From NCBI GenBank assembly GCA_002104905.1, contig MCFE01000563.1:1-57551 (forward strand): 57,551 nt of DNA. The letters are read 5' to 3'. Source of the stretch: Basidiobolus meristosporus CBS 931.73 (lineage: Eukaryota; Fungi; Basidiobolomycota). Under the pieces are notes generated by a model that was given only the letters and a program-made list of their open reading frames with translations, was not told the origin of the DNA and did no database searches. Of the stretch, positions 48,673 through 57,551 are shown piece by piece (the first letter of the stretch is position 1; each line of letters opens with the position of its first letter). A program made the position numbers and the translations under genes.

Positions 48673-51447
48673 TGTAGTGGCTATTGGAAATGGGGGATCT
48701 CCAATTATATAGTGAGGGCAGGAAAATGTTTCTGGCGAAGCTTATTGTTGTTACCTTACATAACCTTAAATATGCCTATATCTGAATATAGCATCTCACC
48801 AAACATACGGCCAAACCGTGATTTGGAATCTGTCCCACACATGCTCTCAGGTGCCAAGCAGCCAATAGTCAAATATGGATTGTGGCTAGTTGCAATGTTT
48901 CTATGCGGGCGGCAAGGAACACACACTTGATCCAGGTGCTATGGTGCTGTAGAACCGCTGCTTTCATGCTCCAGCAAGGATACACAGAGTCCTCGCTGGA
49001 TGGGTGTTGCTGTGACACATATTAATGAGATGCTGTTGGACGCGGTTTCCGAAGCCCACTGAATTCCCGTTCCTGGCCACTTGCGGGTGGTTACAAAAAC
49101 CGTGTACTCAATCACATGGTGGACCAATCTACTCCACATGGTACAAGAAATATCTGCCGTATGAAAGCTGTATTGATGCTATTGCTGAATCTTGATTTCC
49201 CATTTGGACGAAGGAATGTCTGTACACACACATCCCCGAAATGGACATTCCTAATTATCCCAATTCAATCCGGTCCAAGTGATCGCTAAAAATAGCCTGA
49301 TTGTGATTCCCGGATAGTTATTCTGACTTTCATCTATCCATCCGCACCGGTGCCTGATGGTTGCCCTCGCTGAACAGAAAATTCCGATAGTATTATGCGC
49401 CAAATTAATCAGTGGACAGGCGCCGATTCCTCAATTGGTCCTGACTCTTGTGATCGAAGTTGGTTCTGTACGAATTTAGAAGGAATTCGAAGGACAGCAA
49501 CCAAATAGCCATAGCAATCAAGACAATCTAGATGCTCCCAATTTGACTTAATACCCCTCCTTCTTGGTGGGGAGAAACCTTAGATGGCGCAAAAGTAGAC
49601 AATACTCCTCGTTTACACACGAATCCTGGATTCATTGTAGCCCACTGCTCAGCCAGGCTACCTTGCCGCCCGCTCGCCCTATGTGGCAACCACTGTCTGC
49701 CGCCTTCCTTCAAGGATGAAGGTGCTCTGACCCCTGTAGGCCACTACTCGTGGTCGAAGTGTGGCATAAGCAAGTAATTAAAGCCCACAAATTACCGCCG
49801 ATTTCCGGTGGTCATCATTGGTCAACTTGTCGCTTATTGCCTCAGCAGAAATCCAGATCTCAACCGAGAGCAATGCATATTGCTAATAACATGCCCAATT
49901 TGCGGAGCCAAATGATGGGGTCATAATTATGTTTACCGAAATTATAGAGATTGCGTGTCCAGAATAAGGAGCCAGCATTTCAATGTATCCCACATTGCAC
50001 CAGCGCTGTATTGGCTGTCGGATAGCTGCACTTGGGTGTTCTTTTGCTCCGGTAACAATAGGTTAACGGCTGAAATGCGCCTTTTAATGACGATCTTATC
50101 CTTGGGTAACATTACCATCCCTCAGTCCAAACCGATCCTCAAAGATTGGGCTGCTGTAGTGCGGGAATGATTATTTCCCACAAACTAAGCTTCAAAAGTA
50201 CACACGCATATATATTCATTTCCGAGTTGCGTGGTTGCACGAGACTCAATATGCCAGCGTTGTCAAGTCACATCGTAAACTTGCTCAGCCAGTTGGTACC
50301 TCGCACCTGAGTGCCGCCTGTGTAACATGTCATTTAAAACTCACGGATATGTTGATGATACTGCAGCAAATAACTCTTGTCATGGATGCCCTCTATTTCA
50401 GTATTCAACATGCATAGCATTACAAACACACATCGGCGTAATATCTATTATATCTATGGTCACTATATTGATTCTTCTAAAGAAAGCTGGTATCGTTTGT
50501 AGTTATAGGATGTATTGATATATCATCTTCGTCTGACTGTAGGATACTGAGTTCATGTTGCGTTTTGGGAGCAACTCCCTCTCGAGCCTCTAGGGCACTC
50601 AAAAAGCAGTAACTTGCAGATGGAGTCAAAGTCGCCCAAAAGCCTCCATAGTAAGAGTTGCTGATTTGATATTCATTCATCAGTTTTCTGACATTCCTAC
50701 CATTAACATATGACTATATGGTGGTGATGTGCACCACTTGCTGCCAGAAACAGTAAAGCTTTCATAATTATTAAGAATGCCAGCTGGCAGGACTTATATA
50801 TGTATTACAATGATAGGACTGCTGCCCTTTTTCATATAAGTTTTTAGTACTGAAGGTACCTTTGTTAGCTTACCCAATCAAGATCCCTTTTGATCAACAG
50901 TAGGCTAATATAGAAGTAATCAGTTGATATTAAACAACACTGGGAAGTGCTGTTTTGTATTCACACTGAGATATCTTCAGTTAGTCACTTGGACCCTCGT
51001 CTACGCTCAATTTCATTTTCTCGTCATGTTTTCGTCAGGACTTGCCGGTAATACTTACGCCAAAGCGTCAACTTCCCAGAATGACATGCCTCTCAACATT
51101 GTCTAAAAGACCCCAAGCTTTGCGCGCATGTTTGCAAGGCCTTTTTCGACATATTCCATAGGCTACGAAAATATAAATACAACCTACATTCAAAACCATC
51201 AAGTGAAAGTCACTTAATGTGCATGTTCTCCCGTTCACTTCCCACATGCCCAAAATCCTTGCAACAGGAGGGAGTAACCATGACCAGAACAAGAGACCAA
51301 CTACAAATGCGCAAATGAAAGCAATTAAGTTTTTGTATTGGTCAGGCTAGTATCGCATGTTATCAGGTTCATTAGTCACAACAACCTATCAACCGTCACA
51401 CCATAGTCCACTTAACAAGTATACAAACAGCCAGTTCGGCACCCAAT

Positions 51448-51481
<34 letters not shown>

Positions 51482-51484
51482 TAT
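51448..51484. repeat. (TA)n microsatellite
   Basis: About 18 TA units with one G interruption. Confidence 0.95.
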
Positions 51485-52828
51485 TTGCCAAAATCTTGGT
51501 GGTTAATTCTTTGGAATAGAGGAGGTACTGCAAGAGAAGTCCCCGGGTCACAAAATCAGCTTTCAACTTCGCACGAACATTCCTAAGATTAATCTCACTA
51601 TCTTAGCTGAATTTGGCCATCAAAGAAGTGTAATCTGAATTGTGCGGAAAATTCCATAAAAGAAATAGAATTCCGTCTGCAGTAAGAAGTAACGTGAATA
51701 AGGAAATGTAAACACGAGAATGGCATTACTGTATGGGTTTGATCCAGCTGTAACAAGACAATACAATGGATTCTGATGCTGTTGCGGATGGGCAAATTGC
51801 AGTAGAGAGTGCCGACCAGAAGATGGTTAGAAAATATATGACCGGTAAGGCGGCACCTTGTAATAATGCATAGCAGCTTAGGCATCACACTAAAATTGCG
51901 ATGTAATTGGTATTAGCCAGTTTGATTGATTGGCCAGAACGCCCCATATTAGATGTGCTTTCGGTGCTCTCCCAGCTCTCACTGGAAGCTTCATTCAATG
52001 GAAATCTGCCGTTGGATCATCAATCTCATCATTATCAAATCTGAATACAGTAGGTAGTATAGTTTTTACTGACTATCTCTCACAAGCTTGGAGATTAATA
52101 ATCAATATCTGGCTTCGGGCGACATTAGCAATGTATAGAATTCAATGCAGCGGTGATTGAACAATAGTCGATAAGTATATCATGTATCAATTTCCATCAA
52201 TATATTGCCTGAAATGACCGTGTGGTGTGCTGGGGTAGCTGGTATATTGGCAATCGTATTGAATTGTCTATCACAAATAGGATTTATTTCGGACTCCAAG
52301 CAGATGAAACGAACTTCAGCGCCTGTGATAATCAAATATCCAGCTCTGGTAATTGTGTCATACCAAGTGGAATTGCTCAATTTAGTGAAAGTATTCGGAG
52401 ATTTTTCCTCGGTAGCCCATAAGTATTACACAGTGACACCACGTATTTGCACCCTCAACAACTGCAAAGATTATATCTGTGAATAACTTAAAAAATGCTT
52501 GAGAAGTTGTGTGTCAATTGTAGCTTGTTACGGATGAGTTTGGAGATTTCGGTAACTTTCAGAATTTTGACTCTTTTGTTCTAGAAAATAAGCATTTAGT
52601 CCATAGATAAGAAGGCTCTGTAACTGGGATGATTCAGTAACAGGGCAATATAGCAACCTGTGCAAAGCTTGGGGTCATTTGTATAAACATAAAAGCTTAG
52701 CTCTTATCAGGAAATTTTCACAATCCTGTATAATGGTTAATAACCAAATGTAATTTCAATTTGAGATTAGCAATCAAGACAAATAGGAATTGAGCATTCA
52801 GATGCTGGGCTATTTACTTCAATCAGGC

Positions 52829-53000
52829 TGAGGGGGGGAGACAGTCACAAACAGGTGAGAACTTTATTTGAGTTGACACAAAGAAGCCAGCGGTACTCTT
52901 GTAACTTAGATACAAGAGTGTGTAGCTGAGGGGAATTGGCAGGTAAGTTAATAAGTGTCAACAATAGCTCTTCAGTGCTGCAGATACTGTTCTGTGGGAA
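52829..53000 (-). mobile_element. Telomere-type retro-insert, family B (innermost copy)
   Basis: Starts TGAGGGGGGGAGACAGTCAC...GGTGAGAACTTTATT; first ~120 bp homologous to 56706-56827. Confidence 0.7.
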
Positions 53001-53026
53001 GGGGAGAGGGTAAGGTTAGGGTTGGG
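53001..53026 (+). repeat. Degenerate interstitial telomere seed
   Basis: GGGGAGAGGGTAAGGTTAGGGTTGGG in telomeric orientation, at the junction between unit B and a copia fragment. Confidence 0.65.
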
Positions 53027-53423
53027 CAATTCCAGGCTCCTGGTGATTGTCTGAGACCATGTAGAGATTTTTTACATTTGCAGACCAAATGGGGGTTATC
53101 TTGGTCAACAAACCCATCAGGCTGGTCCATATACATGTCCTCATCAAGTTCTCCATGCAAAAATGCAATTTTTACATCCATTTGATGAATAAAAAACTTA
53201 CATTTGGCTGCAATAGCCAATATCATTCTGATGGAACTAAACTTGGCTACCAGTGCAAATGTCTCAGTATATTCAAGTGCTTTTGTTTGAGAGTATCCTT
53301 TGGCCACAAGTTTTACTTTGTATTGTGCAATTGTACCATCAGCCTTGTATTTTGTCTTAAAGACCTATCTGCATCCAACTGATATTTGGTTGATTGGTAA
53401 TTTGACCAAGTCCCAAGTTTGAT
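53026..53423 (-). pseudogene. Copia RT fragment
   Basis: ORF 52972-53307 (AKGYSQTK...QMDVK...LVCK) is a diverged copy of 30540-30945. Confidence 0.85.
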
Positions 53424-53927
53424 TTAGGGGGAGGGAAAGTCACCAAGTAGGTGAAATTCTTATTTGAGTCAAGAACTAATATAAGTACAAATAAACTAGT
53501 CAACTAAAAAGTCTAGAACCTCTCTAATAAGTAATCTAATTTATATTTTGTTTCATCTCTAATGTTTGTTTCAATAAGGTAAAGCTCATCAGGGGTAAAT
53601 ATAAAACTCAAGGGTTTGGGAGGAAGTACAAATTGTAGATGTTTCCAATCAATATAATCTAAGAGGGGAACCCAGCCTGGGCTTAGGTGTAGTAACAAAG
53701 GTGTGTGGACTTGTAAGTAGCTCTGCCACATAGATCTTAGTTGGTCCTGTGCTAGTAGTCTTGGTTTCTCAGCTTTTCAAAGTTTTGAAGCAAGTTCTGT
53801 TACTACAACAGAGCCAACCAGGGTGTACTAGCAGGAAGATTTCAGAGAGGAGTTAGATTTAAGCCATTGTTTGATGGAGGGGCTATGTGATTTCTGAAGC
53901 TTAAACAGGAAGGAAGGACAGCAATAA
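53424..53927 (-). mobile_element. Telomere-type retro-insert, family C' (3' end plus a decayed reading frame)
   Basis: Starts TTAGGGGGAGGGAAAGTCACCAAGTAGGTGAAATTCTTATT; ORF 53513-53731 extends upstream to 53927 through two stops (TAG, TGA; plausibly from TGG). Confidence 0.65.
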
Positions 53928-55590
53928 TGTTGTAAGAGTCTTGGAGATATTAGAAGTGATTTGGTGTACAAGTAGATTATGTGGTTTTCACTTAATGATT
54001 TATGGAATGGAAAGTAGTATTAATACTTTTACATGGTCTTGGCATGACAAGCACGTAGAATAGGTTAAGAAAGGTCCCATGAACATGTGTGCAAAGTTTG
54101 GGGCTGTTTGGACAACTTTGAGAATTTTCATGTTCTGGGTACCTGGTATTTTGGTGAAAATATTCTAAGTAAATCCCAACAAGGAATTTGGTCAGTATTC
54201 TCTAGGATTTGAAGGTGATGATCTAAGTGACTAAGTTAGGTGAATATTTAGGTGGAATTACAAATTTTTACAACACTCCCACTCAGCTAAATGTTCATAC
54301 TGACTAGTCCTAATTTTGACCTAAGATATTCAAACTTGTCTCTAGCTAATGGTTTGGTAAATATGTCTGCAATCATTTCATCTGTAGGACAGTAAACTAA
54401 GCTAACTAAGTTATTCTCTATAGCTTCATGTATGAAATGATGTCTAATATCTATGTGCTTGGTTCTAGCATGAAAAGTTGGATTTCTACCTAATAGTATA
54501 CATCCTTGATTATCTTGAAATAAAGTAATAGGCGTTTTTTGACATTGGCCTAAATCTGTAAACAGCTTTCTTAACCACATTGCTTCTTTTGTAGCTTCAC
54601 AGGCTGCCATATACTCTGACTCTGTAGTAGAAAGTGCTACGGTTGGTTGCTTTCTTGAATTCCATGAAATTGCTCCTTTACAGTAAAGAAAGGTGTATCC
54701 TGTGGTGGATCTTCTGTCTTCCAAATTTTGTCCCCAATCAGCATCAGAGTATCCCACAAGATCCTGTTCTGAATCCTTATAAGTGTATCTTAAGCAGATA
54801 TCAGCAGTTCCTTTTAGGTATCTAAAAATCCGCTTAACTGCTGCAATATGATCAGATCCATAATTCTGATTATGTTGTCTGACAGCTCCCACTGAATATG
54901 AGATATCTGGACATGTTCCAAGCATGATGTACATCAGACTGCCAACCATAGATTGATAAGGAAAGTCAGGGCTTTCAGATGGCACCAAGCTCTCTTGATT
55001 TGGTTGAGTTTTGACCAAGTTAAGGTTTGTCTCCATTGGGGTAGCTGCCAGTTTACAGTCTTCCATTTTGTACTTCTTTAGTATATCTTGAATATACTTG
55101 GATTGGCTTAGGGTAATAGTCTGGGTACTTCTGTCTATGGAGAACTTAATCCCTAAGTAGTAACTAAGTTCTCCTAGATTGGACATCTTGAACTCCTTAG
55201 ATAGGCTGGATTTAGTCTCTTCCAATGTTTCTAGGTTATTGGTGGCTATAATAAGATCATCCACATATAGAGCCAATAGAACTGGATTTGCTCTATCTGG
55301 CCTATAGTATATACTATAGTCAGCATTACTCCTTTTGAAACTCAAAGATTCCAAATAAGAATCTATCTTGCAATTCCAGGCTCTCGGTGATTGTTTGAGA
55401 CCATATAGTGACTTTTTAAGCTTGCAGACCAAATGGGGGTTATCTTGGTCAACAATCCCATCAGGCTGGTCCATTTACACGTCCTCATCAAGTTCTCCAT
55501 TCAAAAATGCAGTTTTTACATCCATTTGATGAATAAAAAACTTATATTTGGCTGCAATAGCCAATATTAATCTGATGGAATTAAACTTGG
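53928..55590 (-). mobile_element. pol: 5'-truncated copia (complete 3' LTR 53928-54275, PPT, RT-RNase H)
   Basis: ORF 54287-55474 is near-identical to arm D; the sequence breaks off within RT at ...GGAATTAAACTTGG|GTTAGGG. Confidence 0.92.
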
Positions 55591-56396
55591 GTTAGGGGGG
55601 ATGATAATCACCACAGGGTGAAATCTTTATTTAAATTGTAAATAAAGAAGCCAAGTTAGAATATGAATATCTGAGATAAGGTAAACCTACAAGATAAACT
55701 TGGACTTTGCTGTATCCCTGATATCCTCAATATCAAAGTTTAGAGGAGAATGTAGCAAAACTGCTTGTTTGCTGTAGTATTTCTTGAGGAAGTTTGTGAC
55801 TTGAAGGGAAGGAGAGTTTTTCAACAAGCTGGTAAACCTTTTGAGGAGTTCTTTTTCCAGAGAGAATGGTACAAAGAGTGGAATGTCTAAATGATGTCTG
55901 AATATATGCTCTGAGAGCTCCCAATCCAGCATATTTTTGACTTCCTCTGTAAAATCTTCCACAATATCTTTGTCAAGAATGACTTCCAAGAGATCCCTGG
56001 CAATGTGCTGAATGTTAATAATCTTAGGCATATGAATACCTAGGTCCTTGAGGTAGTTTCTTTGTTCTGAAATTGGAAGATAGCCAGCATTTCTGCAATA
56101 GCAAACAGCCCAATTGGCAGTGGGAGGAGTATCAGGGCTGACAGGGAATCTTCTTCTGGTTTTAGGGTGCACTGGCTTAGGTGGCTGTCTTATTGGGAGG
56201 GCAGTGGACTTTGGATGAGCTTGAAGTGCTTGGGAGTATGTCTGAGTATGAATGTCAGGAGTTGCTGGTTGCTGATAGTGTTCAGATTGACTGGAAGAAG
56301 AGCTGGTTGAGGGGTTGCAAGGTAAGGAAGTAGCTGAAAGAGAAGTAGAGAGTGCTGGGTGAAGCTCAGAGAGAGTTTTGAAAAGAACCTGGATCT
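55589..56396 (-). mobile_element. Telomere-type retro-insert, family A, copy 1 (5'-truncated)
   Basis: GGGTTAGGGGGGATGATAATCACCACAGGGTGAAATCTTTATT at the left end; ~90-bp 3' UTR, then one ORF open to the next junction. Confidence 0.8.
55687..56394 (-). CDS. 5'-truncated ORF of family A (~235 aa visible), possibly an ORF1/gag-like protein
   Basis: The frame of ORF 55687-56172 stays open upstream to the junction: Ser/Pro-rich linker, TYSQAL, then ...CYCRNAGYLPISEQRNYLKDLGIHMPKIINIQHIARDLLEVILDKD... No RT motifs. Confidence 0.55.
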   Translation of the reverse strand: MQVLFKTLSELHPALSTSLSATSLPCNPSTSSSSSQSEHYQQPATPDIHTQTYSQALQAHPKSTALPIRQPPKPVHPKTRRRFPVSPDTPPTANWAVCYCRNAGYLPISEQRNYLKDLGIHMPKIINIQHIARDLLEVILDKDIVEDFTEEVKNMLDWELSEHIFRHHLDIPLFVPFSLEKELLKRFTSLLKNSPSLQVTNFLKKYYSKQAVLLHSPLNFDIEDIRDTAKSKFIL

Positions 56397-56705
56397 GGGT
56401 TAGGGGGGGATGATAATCACCACAGGGTGAAATCTTTATTTAAATCATAAATAAAGAAGCCAAATTTGAATATGAATAGTTGAGATGCAGAAAGCCTACA
56501 AGATAAACTTGGACTTTGCTGTATCCCAAATATCCTCAATATTGAAGTCTAGAGGAGAATGTAGCAAAACTGCTTGTTCACTGTAGTATTTCTTGAGGAA
56601 GTTTGTGACTTGAAGGGAAGGAGAGTTTTTCAATAAGCTGGTAAACCTTTTGAGGAGTTCTTTTTCCAGAGAGAATGGTACAAAGAGTGGAATGTCCAAA
56701 TGATG
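56397..56705 (-). mobile_element. Telomere-type retro-insert, family A, copy 2 (shorter 5' truncation)
   Basis: Same 3' end and GGGTTAGGG seed; ~90% identical to 55589-55895; ORF 56496-56699 equals the C-terminus of the copy-1 ORF. Confidence 0.85.
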
Positions 56706-56827
56706 TTAGGGGGGGAGACAGTCACCAACAGGTGAAATCTTTATTTCAGTTGAAACAAAGAAGCCAGCGCTACTGTTGTAGCTTGATACAAGAGTGTGTA
56801 GCTGAGGGGAATTTGAAGGTAAGTTAA
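56706..56827 (-). mobile_element. Telomere-type retro-insert, family B (distal copy)
   Basis: TTAGGGGGGGAGACAGTCACCAACAGGTGAAATCTTTATT; homologous to 52829-52950. Confidence 0.8.
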
Positions 56828-57350
56828 TAGGGGAGGAAAGTCACCAAGTGGTGAAATCTTTATTTACTTATGACAAGTATCTAAAGAAGCCATGTTAATC
56901 TGAAGTTATTCCTAGAAAGCTAGGTCTGAGAGATATCTTCCTGGTAAGCCAGGTCTGAGGGTTGAGAAGCTGAGTGGTACTATATTTCCTAGTTAGCTAG
57001 GTCTGAGAGAGGTTTCCTGGAAAGCCAGGCCTGAGAAGTGAGAATCTGAATATATCTGAGCTAAGTTATACTGGTTTGCGGTAGCTGGATTGTGGCCGGA
57101 ATGGCCAGTAGACTGGGGGAACTGAGATGAATTTCTGGGCGATCACTGGCCAAATTTACTAGGCAAATCTGGCCAATTAGCATTTCAAGGATTTCAGCCA
57201 ATCAGAGCCTTTACTTTGCCCGATGGTTGATCAAGCCATCTCCCAATGAGCACACATCAATTTATTAATCAAATTTTGCTGGATCCAGGATTTGAACCCA
57301 CAACCATGGGTATGGAAGGGTTAGGGATAACCACAAGGCTAAGTGTTCTT
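56828..57350 (-). mobile_element. Terminal SINE-like unit (family C) with tRNA-like head and shared 3' tail
   Basis: 3' signature at 56828-56866; duplicated hairpin pairs at 56911-57029; A/B-box-like head at 57288-57341; no ORF. Confidence 0.55.
57288..57341 (-). promoter_or_regulatory. tRNA-like internal Pol III promoter (A box TAGCCTTGTGG, B box GGTTCAAATCC)
   Basis: A-box-like 57341-57331 (1 mismatch to TRGCNNARYGG); B-box 57298-57288; the 43-nt start-to-start spacing is close to that of an intronless tRNA. Confidence 0.5.
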
Positions 57351-57353
57351 GGT

Positions 57354-57551
57354 TTAGGGTTAGGGTTAGGGTTAGGGTTAGGGTTAGGGTTAGGGTTAGG
57401 GTTAGGGTTAGGGTTAGGTTAGGGTTAGGGTTAGGGTTAGGGTTAGGGTTAGGGTTAGGGTTAGGGTTAGGGTTAGGGTTAGGGTTAGGGTTAGGGTTAG
57501 GGTTAGGGTTAGGGTTAGGGTTAGGGTTAGGGTTAGGGTTAGGGTTAGGGT
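57354..57551 (+). repeat. Telomere (TTAGGG)n, chromosome end
   Basis: About 33 tandem TTAGGG units with one TTAGG variant near 57415, running to the end of the window. Confidence 0.98.

Noticed and set aside
48900-52800. Short ORFs, some hydrophobic (e.g. 51930-52160, 52205-52486)
   Set aside because: No recognisable domain or splice pattern; cannot be told from random ORFs.
56911-57029. Short palindromic repeats superficially like a CRISPR array
   Set aside because: Eukaryotic telomeric context, no unique spacers of regular length, and no cas genes.

Overview
This is the terminal ~57.5 kb of a eukaryotic chromosome arm, ending in ~33 TTAGGG repeats (57354-57551). The organism is probably a fungus; that is inference from the telomere motif, the fungal-type chromovirus and the gene families. 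Positions 1-34.6 kb are a CpG-depleted nest of transposons: a decayed Ty3/gypsy; two CACTA/EnSpm Tnp2 relics; a fold-back element; a DDE_Tnp_4 relic; a young chromodomain Ty3/gypsy (521-bp LTRs, GGACA TSD, Tf1-type self-priming PBS, canonical -1 frameshift signal) nested in a deleted copia; and two near-intact copia copies forming a ~9.3-kb inverted structure. Positions 34.7-50 kb are CpG-rich and hold two intronless host genes (an alpha-arrestin and a membrane-anchored LtaS/sulfatase-fold protein), each followed by a probable L1-like relic. The most unusual part is the last ~4.7 kb. It is a polarised chain of six insertions in about four sequence families, all antisense on the + strand. Each starts at a (G)TTAGGG-like seed and shares one 3' signature on the minus strand: AATAAAGATTTCACC-loop-GGTGA-...-TCCCC(CC)-TAA. 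One family carries a single 5'-truncated ORF and no RT. The last unit has a tRNA-like A/B-box head with CCCTAACCC embedded in it, directly beneath the telomere. I read this as a candidate telomere-targeted retroelement/SINE system acting alongside telomerase. All alignments were done by eye; boundaries of degraded elements are approximate.
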